DNA of 59,112 nt, counting the filler, from Platydemus manokwari (taxonomy: Eukaryota), in the NCBI GenBank assembly GCA_037951405.1. It is 6 parts of 6 records of this genome, joined end to end, with 100 filler letters (N's around TTAATTAATTAA, not from the genome) between each part and the next. Parts side by side here need not be neighbours in the genome. Positions count along the whole stretch, not along the records: positions 28,863 to 37,699 come from JBBMOY011341982.1; positions 37,800 to 49,835 come from JBBMOY010335559.1; positions 49,936 to 59,112 come from JBBMOY011287539.1; 3 more parts are not named here. One strand, 5' to 3'. A program made the position numbers and the translations under genes. Shown here piece by piece: positions 37,691 through 50,460 of this stretch. Position 1 is the stretch's first letter. Every line of letters starts with the position of its first letter. The notes under the pieces are model-generated. The model made no database searches and was not told the DNA's origin. It saw only the letters and a program-made list of their open reading frames with translations.

Positions 37691-39529
37691 TTATCTAATN
37701 NNNNNNNNNNNNNNNNNNNNNNNNNNNNNNNNNNNNNNNNNNNTTAATTAATTAANNNNNNNNNNNNNNNNNNNNNNNNNNNNNNNNNNNNNNNNNNNNA
37801 TGGCAAGCATAAAAACATAACACCAAGATTTGGCAAATGCATTCAAGTCCGTGAGAGGCTTTATTGCCTTTCTCCCTTTTTCCATTTTTAGAGCGACCGT
37901 ATCAAACGCGCTAAAAAAAGCAGCCATCAATTGATTAGCAATATCAGTCTTTGGATCCTTCAATGAACTAACGACACGAGTTTAAAACAAATAGAAACTA
38001 ATGAGATGATATTTCAAAGGTTATTTAATAAGAATTTCTTTGCATGGCATTTAAATATACTATTTCAATTTATTTGAAATAAGTTGACCAACAATTTTGG
38101 AAAATCATTAATATGATTAAAATTAATAACTTTGAGGAGTAATAAATAAAATTATTGTATTGTAATTCAAAGTGAAAATAGGTATCGTAAGATTCCATTT
38201 ATTTAATTTTCTTTTAAAAATTTGAAATGCAAAATTATTAGAATTAGATATGATAGACTAAAATTAATGTGTTTAAATTAAGTGGTATCGATAGATTTAT
38301 TTCCACTTTGCTATAATTCTGCGTTTTCCGGAATACTTGAATATATTAACATATTTAAATGCAAAATACATATAGCAAATTATTTGTCAATGTTTATAGA
38401 ATTTATAATAATTGTCAAATTTGAGTGGATGAAAGCTGAACTGTTGGTTTGTTTAAAAAATATTGAGTGGTAAACTGATATTCGATTAGCATTGCTCTTC
38501 AACAATTACCAAAAAACAAGTAGTGATATCCAGATGTTAGATTTTATAAATCATTGAGGAACAAATTCCAATGCTTCTGTTCAATTTGGAACTACCAGTG
38601 AGCTCAATTAACGTGACTCATTTTCTTATTTTAGGTTCGACACTGAGAAGTCTATGTTCTGTTTAAAATATGTATTTATGGAACAATTATATGTAGTTAA
38701 AGTCATTTTGCAATATACCTTCTTCTATTAATTTTCACGGTATGCTGAGTTTAGATCATAATATAGTTTACTTTCTTTATGAATTTAAGTATTTTATGCT
38801 TTACTGAGTAACAGTAACAATAATTTGAAATTCGATAATAATCATTGGCCATATAAATCTTTAACTCAACTTGTATATTATTATTACTGGTTTTCTCGAA
38901 GGTTAAATATTCGTACAATGATTAATGTACAGCTAAAATATTCGGGCGGAATATTCTCAAGAATTTAATGATTGAAGTCAGTTGATTAATTTATGACAAT
39001 GGATTTTTATACACTTATGTAGTTTCTGTCACAGTCTTTGTTCGTAAGTTTGTTCTGCTTTTTCTGTGATACTGCCTCGTAGTTTATTTATTTCTAAAGT
39101 TGGTTCCAATGTTCATTTGTTTCATTCATTCCTTTTTTCCTCATTTGAAATTTGAGTATAACAGGCAATCTTTTTGATTTATTTCCATTGACCATGTCCT
39201 TATTTTGTATGATCATATTGACTAATTAATGGCGTTGGTGTTTCTATTGTTTATGTTTCTCGTGTAAATATTGGAGCTGTTTTGAGCTGATATATTTGTT
39301 CTTTACCCTGTTGGTGATCCTCTTCAGTTAACCCGTTTGGTTCTCTTTAAATGATTTCTTGATTATTATTTGTTATAGTGTTTGCGTAGTTACTTATTAT
39401 TCTTAGCGCATTTTGTTCAATGATATTTGACTCTTGTATATTGTTGTTCAATTTGGTTCATTTTCATTTGATGGAAAAATTTGTTTTACCCTATCAAGTC
39501 TTATTTCCAATAGGCGGGTTATCTGAACA

Positions 39530-39720
39530 AAAGAGATACTCTGAAATGTGGGAGTAAATATTCCGATCAGTGTCGTTGTTTTACGTTGTTTTCTGCATCA
39601 AGTGGCTATTTGGCTTTTTCTCCATATGTTCGCTTGAACTATGAATTCCTTTACATGCTCGTTTGGTTTTTAATTACGATTTTTGTATCTTTGTATAAAT
39701 ATATGTTCATTTGATTTTTT
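39530..39720 (-). pseudogene. Heavily decayed gag capsid fragment homologous to the gag pair at 46.2-49.1 kb
   Basis: Minus strand reads HIFIQRYKNRN*KPNEHVKEF and YGEKAK*PLDAENNVK..LLPHFRVSL versus HLFRQRFKNYKQQPGEHVGEF and YGAQNDWPQDTRNNVK..FLPHIRASL. Confidence 0.65.
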
Positions 39721-42700
39721 CCTTCCCGTTATCGGCACTTTGTGTCTATTCGTTTTAATTTTATTAGGTGGAAGTAAGTTATTTATTACACTACTTTTTG
39801 ATCTAGTATTGTAGTCTGTGGGTGTTTCTGTTTTTCAATTGAGGTTTTGAAACTCAACAGCGTGATTACTTGACTTGATAAAAATTAAAAAAAATATTAA
39901 GTTAACACAGTACAATAATTATTTCTTAAAAATGTTTATTTAACAAATCACGAATTCTACAGCCTGTTTATGTAACAGTAAGTACAATGATCTCTCTGAT
40001 AATGCAAGAACCTAGAATGATGCTCTTAAGATTTTAGCTTCATAAATTTTTGAATTAAATTTTCGATCTGAAAGGCCCTATAGTTTTGGCTTATTTAATT
40101 ACATTAATTAAAGATAATGCTGTCTGTATTGTAACGATTTGATGAATGGAATTGCCTTTATTGTGAAAATTAAACGAATATTATTCCTTTATGATTTTTT
40201 AATTCTCTTGATTGTAGTATTCAAGTTCTGTATTAGTAAAAATCTCTTGATTCAGATATTAAAAATTTTCGTTTGTCTTGGGGTCGTTTTATGATAACTT
40301 ATATAGTTATTTTGGAAATGACTATTTGGAAAAGCTTAATATTTTTAATACTTTGTTCTATAAATTTAATGATAATATTTTTATATTAGATATTTTTAAT
40401 GAAGTTATAGATCCAGTTAAAGATATTTGATTAAAATTTAACTTAAAACTTAATTTTCTTTGATTTATTTTATTCTACCTAGTTTTTTGGAATAATAATT
40501 GGAATTTTATAATAATATACATTTTATTCTTGTATCAATTAATATTCATATCATTTTTAACATTATTTTACAGTTCAAATTATTTATAAACGTAGAAATC
40601 TGCATGTTCAAAGGAAGAATAAATTCACAAATAGTCAAAATGAAATTACAATATGTTCAGTATTAATTAAAATTCAGTATTAATTAAAAATTTTATTTCA
40701 GCTTTTTTATTTTCCTCCCAACCTTTTTCAGACTGGGTCATTGTTTCCTGATATTGTAAGCTTTCCCTTCACTATCAGTTTTTTGACTCATTAATCCATG
40801 TACCTTGTACATAGTTGCGCATCTTTACTACTTTCTTGGCATTCTTTCCATAATTCATATGATTCGACGGTCATGGGTATTTTCTCGTTTTCTGGTAAAC
40901 TCAAAGTCTACTCACCGTCTGAGTAGTGTCAGCTTATCTCTTATTATGTTCCTCCCAACACTTGGAAACTTGAAAATATTATCCTCCTTCTAGATTATTC
41001 TTTTGTTAGACCTCCAAGAGCATATATTTAATTAATATGGAAAGCTTATAAAGCTGTAAGAATAGCTTTCAACTATTTAGCTTCACTTAGCTCTATGTTA
41101 TAATTCGTATTATTCTTGATCACGCGGGGCTCATAAAATTTGTTGGTATTTGGTAATTTAACTGCTCATTATAATTTTTATTTATGCTTCTAGCGCTAAA
41201 ATATAACTGAACTAATTCCACTAATATCTTACTCTTAGCAGTACCGAAGTGCAGGTTGCATGTTGCTATAAATAATAATATACTAATTAGTATAGCTACA
41301 AATATTGGATAAATACAAATATCTAATGTGTGATGTTATAGAATTTTATGTTGCAGCCCTGAAGAAGTTAACAATCAGTGTTGGGAACTAATGCTATCTA
41401 ACTCTGAAGGAAAGAGAGATCAGATCAGTGAATTTAGAAAGTTGTCAAATGTTCGGTACTAACTTTAAAGTAGTTAATTTATTATTAATAATGCACTTGC
41501 GGGCATTATTATAACAATAAATGAATAAAAATTAGTCTAAATTTAAGGTAATGCGAACTATGTGAATAGTGACAATCGAAGATAGTATTGTATAATTCTT
41601 TTTGCATTTACTTTTTGCAAGATTTTCTGTCTTGGGAAAAACGGATTGCATAGTAGTCTATTTTATCTATGATTGGTTTGTGTTTGTTTGTTTACTATTT
41701 ATTTAATATATACTTGTTTTATTTTGTTATAAAGTATATTTTTTGAAATGGTGACCAATAGATTATCACGAGGTCATCATTATGGTGTTTAAATTTTGAT
41801 GTTTTTTGGTCTTTTTTATGCTTATGTACTACCAATTTATTGTTTACCTATTTGCATTTTGATAATTATTTTAATAATTATTTGTATTTTAATATTTTAT
41901 CGTTTTGATTTTTAATTTTAAAATACATATTATGATTACTTATCTTATAATTATAGCTTTTTAATTTTTTAAATATTCAGTAGTAATTGAGAATTGTTTT
42001 CAATTTTTTGAAAGTTTTGTCTACATCTCCCGTTAGTAACAAGTAGTTATTTCTGAAACTGAAAGATGATTTTACCAAATTGAATCAATTCCCATTGACA
42101 ATTGTTTTGGGTAGATGTGATGCGTCAGGCATAAGAAGCTAAATGAGTGCAAGATAAATATTTTATTGGTGATTTATGTTCAAAGTGTAAATGCATTATT
42201 TATAAAATACTCTGGTTTATATAAGTATAGCATGTTATAAATAAAAAGAATAAATGAAGGATATCTACAATAAATTTTAATTCTAAAATGCAATGTGCAC
42301 AATATCAATTATTTAATGAATACAATTAATTAATAGATTTATAGAATAAATAACAAAGATTTTTTTTTAGATTGAATTTACTTAACATTGATAATTCTAA
42401 TGTCTCGGTTATATAAGATCGGATTTTAAGTTACGGCTCCTATGTATGAGAACGTAGGAGAACTTTTGTGCCACCGAAAGCCTTCAGATGACTAAGTATA
42501 AAGTTCCGGTGAACACATTTTGTCACTCAGTTTATTATTGGATTATAATACAACACAAAGAAAATGGTAAAATAAATTACTTGCTTCTTCGTGGGAAATT
42601 AATTTTTGACTTAATTGCAAATTAATTGAAATATTGAATTTTATATTAAAATTAATTTTCGTAGAAATAATGCTTCAACGTTCACTCTTCTTGGAAAATT

Positions 42701-44751
42701 AGAGCAGCTCTTCGTGAATCAATGCTTTTAAAGCTTATAGTTAGTGTGGGTTTTTGTCTATTGGTTGCATCACAATATTGAGTTGTATATGTTTTAATTG
42801 GTGTTATGTGTGTTCAATTTTGCAGCATATTATTATTATTGTTTTAATTTATCGAATTAATCAATCCAAATTTTAATAATATATTTATTTAAAATATCAC
42901 AAATTTTTACACAAATAAACTAACCCAATCACATTTAGCCCAATCTAAATTTAATATAACAAATTGGTGAAGTGTTATCTCACTGTGAACATGGGAACTT
43001 GTTCTAATAATATTTCCAAAGGAGTGAACTTTAGAACAATGTTTATTAAATTTAGTTTAAATACTATTATTATCGATTTTTTTTATTATTTATCGTATTA
43101 CCAAAGTTTGATTATGACCGATTATATTATTTTCAAAGATTCAAAATTTCCTGTTGCTTTACTTCCTGTACCTTCTGTTCCTCCGAAGTTCGTCATTTAC
43201 CTCCTTGTTTACGGCAGGTGCACCGTCTAGATCCTTGAGACCCAGGATTACCGACAGTCAGATCTCAAGCGCCTCCAATTTTGCCTACTATGATTCTGCC
43301 TCTCCACATGTGCATGATATTCACTTTAATCTCTTCCGCATCGGGTTGGCCTCTTAGTTCACAGTCGCCTAACGTAATATAACGTAACATAACTTTGAAC
43401 TAAAGAGCATGTTGCCCATATAGTCAATTATTCCCGGCCATGTGTGATGGTGCTTCCCATAATAATCTACTGCCAACTTGGCATCAACAAATATGATATT
43501 CTTCCTCTCCTAATTGAGAGTAAGATTTCTTCTTATGTAAAATAGATGTCTTCTTGCTGCTTCAAAAGGCAGCTTCGTTTTCGATGCCAATGGTCTCTGG
43601 CACGTCTACAATCCATCCGAATCTTTGGTAGGTTCGAGGTACTGATTACGGCAGCGTGTAGCTTCTTAAGGATGGCATTCCAGTTCTGCTTTTCCCCGCA
43701 TTCAACATTAAGGTGATTTTTAGAGAAAATAGGGCTTCCATCTTGACGTCCTATGCCCCTAACCTAATTGACTGACTGATTCACTATATGTAATACTATG
43801 TGTCGTTTCTTTTGACACTTTCTTCATTAATTCCCCGATCTGAAATCTGGGTTTAGTGATACTATGAATTATTGTCACTCGATTATTTTTGACGATACCT
43901 TCAATTTATTTGCCATCTCTTCTACTATGAGGATCTCTTTCACTCTTACTCTACATTGGCTTCCCTTTATTATTGATTGTTGAATAGCGTTGTAGAAACG
44001 CTTTGGATAGTGGGTAACTTGAATCTGTTGAACGCCCATCTGAATCGAAAAAACAATTTATATTATGTTGTCATTTGTTTATAATCTCTATTAATTACTT
44101 TAATTATTATTTGTTTTATCATTATAATTATTCTCTCACTTTATTTGTCTCTTCTTGAACCTCTGTTCGTGAAATCGCTTCTGGGTTTTTTCCGCAGATT
44201 GCGAATTGCATTTTGTTGCAACAGTCAATTTTATTCAGTAATAAATGGTTTATCATTTTCATAGATTTATATTTTAATTCCCTTATAAGTTTTTCATATC
44301 TCAATAATTTTATTTATTTGACAATCATCAATCATCATACTTTTGCTGCTTTGTTTTATCAATTGGTTTAACATAAGGTAAATAACAATAATAATTAATA
44401 ACATATATTGAATAATTATATTACAAGTCGACACCTTATGCCTTAATTGTTATAATTCTGTCTCATGGAAACCTGTATATAGTAGATTTCTTTGTCCTCT
44501 TTTGATTCTATGCATTTTTGGTATACGTAATTTCCCATAAGATAAACACTACTGTTATTGTTGTTGTGACCGCTCCTCCAACTATAAACATTATCGTGTT
44601 TAGCAAGGAAACTACTTCATCTTCTGGGTTGCCATTATTTGTTTAACTGTGGTAATTATTTCTTTCTCGTATACTTTTCTTGTTGGTTATCCTTGTTATT
44701 GGCTTTTCGTCTTCCGAGATAATTATCATTCTCCGTTCGTGATGGACAGTA

Positions 44752-44829
<78 letters not shown>
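44752..44829. repeat. (ATT)n microsatellite
   Basis: Direct reading; source of the poly-Leu and poly-Ile ORFs. Confidence 0.95.
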
Positions 44830-46192
44830 CAATGTCATTTATTCTTATTATTTACTGTTAATTATATTTTTGCTATCTAACATAATTTACTGTACTTATT
44901 TGTTTATATTATTTTACTGTTCGTATTCTATGCTCTTTCTTCTGCCTGTTATTGTTCTTGCTAGTAATTTATCTCTTAACTCAACATTTTGTCAACAGTT
45001 ATTGTTTGAATATTGATGAATATTGATTTTAATTCTTGAATGCTGATGTTGATGTTGATGTTTTTGAGTTGTTTGATTGGAGTGCATCTTCAACAATAAT
45101 ACCTTGTTATTATAATAATACATACTAAATATAAAATATTGTATTGATAATTCTCGTAATTGTCTTTCATCCCATTCTCTTATCTTATTTACTTTATCAC
45201 ATGCATGGATATAATGACTATCATTCTCTTGTCGTTTATTTCATTTTTCAGCTAATAGTTTCAGCCTTTGTCTTGGCCAACTTGTCTCAATTACTGTGTT
45301 TTCTTTAGCTGTCTATTTTCTTAATTGCATATAGTTTATATAATTTAGAATTAAAATGTCTAGCAGATTTCGATTACGAGTTAACTTTATTTACTTGAAA
45401 ATCTATTTTAATCGGTCATGTTCTTTCAGTTCCTTAAATAGCCATTCCCTTATAGTACATTTCTTTAAAGCATTTTGGTTAAAAACATTACTATCTATTG
45501 TATGAGTTTCCTTTTCTTCTCCTGTTCTATAGTTGAAATGAACTGCACTTAAATATTTAGACAACTCAAAAATTTTGTAATAAAAACCGAAAACCTCCAA
45601 ATATTAAAAATATTAAAATTCTACCTTCAATGTCGTCTGTAAAAGTGGTACACTGATATATCCAAACAAACATCAACTAAAATATTCTTAAATCATCAGT
45701 TATTCTTGTATCGGTAAAACATTTAATCGGTTACATGCTTTGTGTCAAAAAATTCGTGTTTGTGCGATTAACTGTGTTGTGTTTGAGGCTTATTGGTTTT
45801 GACAAATTTATTCTTTTTATTCTATCAGTTTCTTTTAATTCTTGTAAGATCACTATTGTCTTGATTAGTCTCTATGAGTTCCAATCAAGCCCAAGGTACA
45901 AATTATTAAAACATTTTATTTGTTCTTTTTCTACCTCGCACACGATATTATCAGTCTCGTTTAATGTCCCGCTCTATAACTATTTTATTTCAATCTCTGA
46001 GCAGCCGAGCTTTATTGATAAAACGTTTTTATCAGTAACGATAAAAATATGATAAAATACTTTATTATAATAACAACTGATCAATGTGTGATGCAATAGA
46101 TTTTAGAAAGAAGCTGTCGTGCCCTGAAGAGTTTTATCAGTAATGAAAAACCGCCGGAGGGAACTAAGTGGCGCCCCATTGCGATATGAAAA

Positions 46193-47030
46193 CTATTCTT
46201 GTGTCAAGAGTATTTGTTGAGGTTTTCGCTCATTAATTTTTGGACAACTACGGCTAACATGTCCGAATTGACCACAATTGTAGCCCTTAACTTTGTCCTG
46301 TGTATTTACTTCTTCACGAACTGGTGATTTTGCCTTAAAACGGCAGATATCCTTGAGGCGACTTTTCGGTCGCAATTTTTGCGATTACAGATATGGCAGG
46401 TGAATGTTGATTTTGATTTATTGTTATTTTTCAGTTCTGGTTTCTTGTCATTTTCGCCTGTGTTTGAATTATTTTGTTTTGGTTTGCTTTCGCATGCAGC
46501 ACATATTACTCCTCCTACTGTACCGAGTTCTACCATTCTCGCCTTCTGTACAAGCTAATCAGAGCTATCGCCCATATGCAGGCTGAGTGCTGACCGAATG
46601 TGGGGAAGGAAACCTTCCCATAAGTGATCCTTCACGTTATTCACTGTATCTTGTTGCCATTTAGCGACGTCATCATAAGCCCTTTCTGCTAATAATATGA
46701 GTTGGTGGGCAAATTCGCCCACATGTTCATCGGTACCTTGTTTGCGTTTATTAAACCTTTGTCTGAATAGATGGCCTGTATCCGTGGGTGACGTCTGACT
46801 TCCGAACGCTTTCCGAAACTCACTCCATAAGTGTTTGTTTTGCAGTTGTGTCATAACCGTATTATATTTTTGTTGTGCCATGTCTTTCAGATAGATACTT
46901 GGGCGCTTGATCATATTGCGCTGACTTATTCCGTAAGCGTCTGATAGCTGGAAATAGTCTGCCATAAACTCGGGGAATAGACCAGGTTCTTCATTATTTA
47001 GTTGTACCGGTATTTGAACAAAATCCTATC
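46193..47030 (-). pseudogene. Retrotransposon gag copy 2 (capsid plus CCHC knuckles), disrupted
   Basis: MADYFQLSDAYGISQRNMIKR..GHLFRQRF..QGTDEHVGEFAHQL..NNVKDHLWEGFLPHIR; one in-frame stop, then a frameshift/deletion in the knuckle array (CHICNRKN.., YNCGQFGHVSRSC). Confidence 0.8.
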
Positions 47031-47703
47031 ATCATTGGTTGCAATAGCTGGTGGATCAAGGTCCACAATTTCTATGATTTCATCTACGACCGGCTCTGGT
47101 GGTGGCGGAGATGGTTGTGGGTCATACCCTGGCTGATATTCCATGAATTGACAGGTTTCCTGTGTGTCCTCATCCAAGTCTACTGGTAACTGTGTCTCTA
47201 CTCTTCCCGTTGCTGGCTCGATTTCTGCCTTGGACAGTGTGGGTATTCGCCTCCATTGTTTGGATTCCACTGGCGTTATCAATACCTTGAGTACTGTCAA
47301 AGTCTGGTAGGCAACCTACGTCGACTAAATATTCGTCATCATCTACCGGATTCGATTGAATTGTGATAATGAACGGCTTCGTGATTGATTTCTCCTGTCT
47401 GATATCCTGTCTTAATTTGCGAACATGTGTGAAGCAAGAGTATGTCTTTAGCCAGTTCCTGTGATGACGGGTCAGAATGTGTAGCGTGAGCATCGGTGCT
47501 CTTTGCGGTTGACTCCGAATAGCTAGCCCATTTCGCTGTAGGAGTAACTGTACTTCCTTTCGGTAAATGGCTCCTTTGTCCAAGAGTTCAACAAGTATTG
47601 GTACAGCGGTAGCCAATACATCTGTAGGTATAGTAGTGTAAATGTGATTATTTAAGAAACTCTTGATCATTTGTTTGTCTTGGGGGTTCCTTTGAGCCTC
47701 CAT
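46998..47703 (-). pseudogene. Unknown accessory ORF between the two gag genes (two overlapping frames, probably a frameshifted N-terminal extension of gag copy 2)
   Basis: ATG lies 17 nt after the gag1 stop. The 177-aa and 100-aa overlapping ORFs have an acidic/proline-rich end (PQPSPPPPEPVVDEIIEIV) that runs into the gag2 frame by one further shift. No protease DSG/DTG motif seen. Confidence 0.5.
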
Positions 47704-47719
47704 TACTAAGTTACAGTGA

Positions 47720-49132
47720 TTACTTGAGTGGGACTTGGTTTAGCTTATAATTATTCATTTTAGCTGTCAGAAGAACCCGTGCTTCTTCTAACGTGTGAAT
47801 CAGTTTCGGATAACTGGCGGAGCTGCTTGAGCTGGTGTCACTAGCCTGAGTGTATGAATGATCTAGGGAGGGTTGGTATGGTTCCCCTTTTTGGATAGCC
47901 TCTTGGTAGACTAAACAGCGTTCGCGTAGATGCTTTAGATGAGCTTGTCGGCTCACTTCCTCCAAGTATTCGTGTTCTAACTGTTGCATTCGGGTCCACC
48001 CTTCATATCCGGACGGAGTTTGAGCCATCATGACCTTTTCAGCCGTTGGCTTATCGGTCGCTTGATTACTGGGGCAAGATCGTTGTACATGCCCAAATTT
48101 CCCACAAGTAAAACACTTAATTTTCCCCTCAGTGTTTACTTCGTCTCGTTCCTTTGTAAAGGCGGCTGATCTGCAAATTTTTTCGAGATGTCCTTTTCGG
48201 TTACACTTGGTACATTCTAGTCCCCGAAGTGTGCATTCAGATGTGGCATGAGTATCGACTCCGCAGCGCTGACATTTGATTTTGTTTCCATCAATGTCAT
48301 TGTTGACCCTACAGTCCTTTGTGGCGTGATTATTCCTTCGGCAGATAGCACAGGTTCGTCCTGGCGTCCCCGTTCGGTGGGTCCCATTTGAATTGTTATT
48401 TTCCTGATTTAGAGCGCAGTTGCTTCGGTTTTGCTTTGGTTTTTGAGGCTTGGCTTCGTATGTAGCGCAAATTAGTTCTCCATTGCCTTGACCAATTTCG
48501 ACTAATATGGCTTTCTGTACTAGTTCATCAAAAATGTCCCCCATATAGAGGCTTAAACTGGCCCTAATGTGAGGTAAGAATCCTTCCCATAGGTGATCCT
48601 TTACGTTGTTGCGAGTGTCCTGAGGCCAATCATTTTGTGCTCCGTAAGCGAGCTCGGCTAACAAGGTAAGTTGGTGAGCAAATTCGCCCACATGTTCTCC
48701 TGGTTGCTGCTTGTAATTCTTGAATCGCTGTCTGAATAAATGTCCCGTATCGGAGGGTAAGATTTGTCATCCAAATTGCTGACAAAATGCGTCCCACTCC
48801 CGTGGTGGTGCTGGTGCTTTCATAATAGTGTTGTATTTTTCTCTGACCATCCCTGTCAAGTAGATTGGCACGCGTTTGATCATTCGTTCCTGGTTGATGC
48901 CGTAGGCATCGGACAACTGGTAGTAATCCGACATGAACTCGAGATAGGTTCCCGGATCGCCACTGTATGGCTTTATGTTGAGCTTTACATTTGGCTCATA
49001 GTCTCTTGGTGCAGGTATGACTGCATTCTGCTACACGTTGGGGTTCACTAGCCCGGCTGGCGGAATGACTGCGTTTTGATTTGCTGGTCCTTGAGGAAGG
49101 ACTACTTCTATTTCGGGTACGTCGTCTTGCAT
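47720..49132 (-). mobile_element. Retrotransposon gag copy 1 (~470 codons, two in-frame stops) with four CCHC zinc knuckles
   Basis: Single frame from ATG 49132: MQDDVPEIEVV..KPYSGDPGTYLEFMSDYYQLSDAYGINQERMIKR..QQPGEHVGEFAHQL (major-homology-region-like). Knuckles CAICRRNNHATKDC, CQRCGVDTHATSEC, CTKCNRKGHLEKIC, CFTCGKFGHVQRSC. Stops near 49031 and 48767. Confidence 0.85.
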
Positions 49133-50024
49133 GATGCTGGTAGTGAGTGACAATGATCACAACGGGCTCATCAATTTGAGGAGATTTCGTATCTCGAGGA
49201 TTGAGCGGTTTTAAGCAATCTGACTCCAAAGGATTGCGGACACTGGCACTTCTACTAGCACTGATATAGCACTTATGACAATTACAGAATAGAACAAAAA
49301 CCAAATGTTTGTAATAATGTTTACTGAGTTATACTACAGATATACAAGCTGAATAACTTGTTTAAAATACACGATCAGCGAACGAGCTGAAAATAATAAA
49401 TTACAAGAGTTTCTATAACAGCAGGTTCGATACCTATCCCTAAAGGTGATGGGTATTGTCAGTGCCGCCTAATAGCCCGGACACAGACTCAGACCCGATA
49501 AAAGTTACGACAGAGAAGAGTTATAATAACTGACAAGCCCGTTAAGGGATTTCAGATATAATTATGGAATGGATAATTAACAGAAATGAATTACTCATTG
49601 TAAGTTTTAGTTGTAGTCGCTTCAGATTACTCGGTGATTGATTAACTTCAGTGCTGTAAGACAGTTCTACTAGAGTTTGGTATTGGTATTTATTCTGATT
49701 TTAGGCAAAGCACTTATGTGGGACAAAGCGCAGCTTTGTTTACATGTTTGTGTAAATCTTCCCCTTAATGTCTTATATTTTTACAAAATGGGCTTTGTCT
49801 TTGCTTTGTTTTGTTTATTCTTACTTAAACAACTGNNNNNNNNNNNNNNNNNNNNNNNNNNNNNNNNNNNNNNNNNNNNTTAATTAATTAANNNNNNNNN
49901 NNNNNNNNNNNNNNNNNNNNNNNNNNNNNNNNNNNAAACCTTTGATTTGCTTTGTATTCTTTATTGACATTGTATCGGATGCCTATACATTTTTCTACGT
50001 AAAAATATCCAATTCTTTCATCTT

Positions 50025-50212
50025 TTTTATATTTTCTCTATATCTTCTTAATATCTTTTCTAAATCATCTCTATTTCTTCTCTATATCTTCTGTATATCT
50101 TCTTCATATCTTCTCTGTTTCTTCTCTATATCTTCTTTATATCTTCTTTATCTCTTCTTTATATCTTCTTCATATCTTCTTCATATCTTCTCTGTATATC
50201 TTCGTTATATTT
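50025..50212. repeat. Degenerate ~11-bp minisatellite (ATATCTTCTyT)
   Basis: Repeated ATATCTTCT units read directly. Confidence 0.85.
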
Positions 50213-50315
50213 AATGCGGATATATTCTCAATATAATCTCAACATCTTCCTAATCCTTTTTCATAATTTTCAGCCATTGATTTTCTCATAATCGAATCCA
50301 GGTAAGTGGTCACCA

Positions 50316-50460
50316 TGTAAACAGCTATAATTTTATGAAACGCGCATCGAAAATGAACTGAAAAGACACGTAAATAAATTATGTATTAAACACAATTATT
50401 TAAACAAAATAATATAATTTTATATAAATTCAAATTATATATAAAAATAAATTTTCACAA
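50316..50460 (+). mobile_element. Diverged LTR of the 26827 family
   Basis: TGTAAACAGCTATAATTTTATGAAACGCGCATCGAAAATGAACTGAAAAGACACG matches 9401 and 26827; 3' end and TSD not resolved. Confidence 0.55.

Noticed and set aside
49305-49835. Putative 5' LTR and primer-binding site of the dual-gag element
   Set aside because: Position is plausible, but the sequence after TGG does not look tRNA-complementary, no second LTR was found, and the region is cut by a gap.
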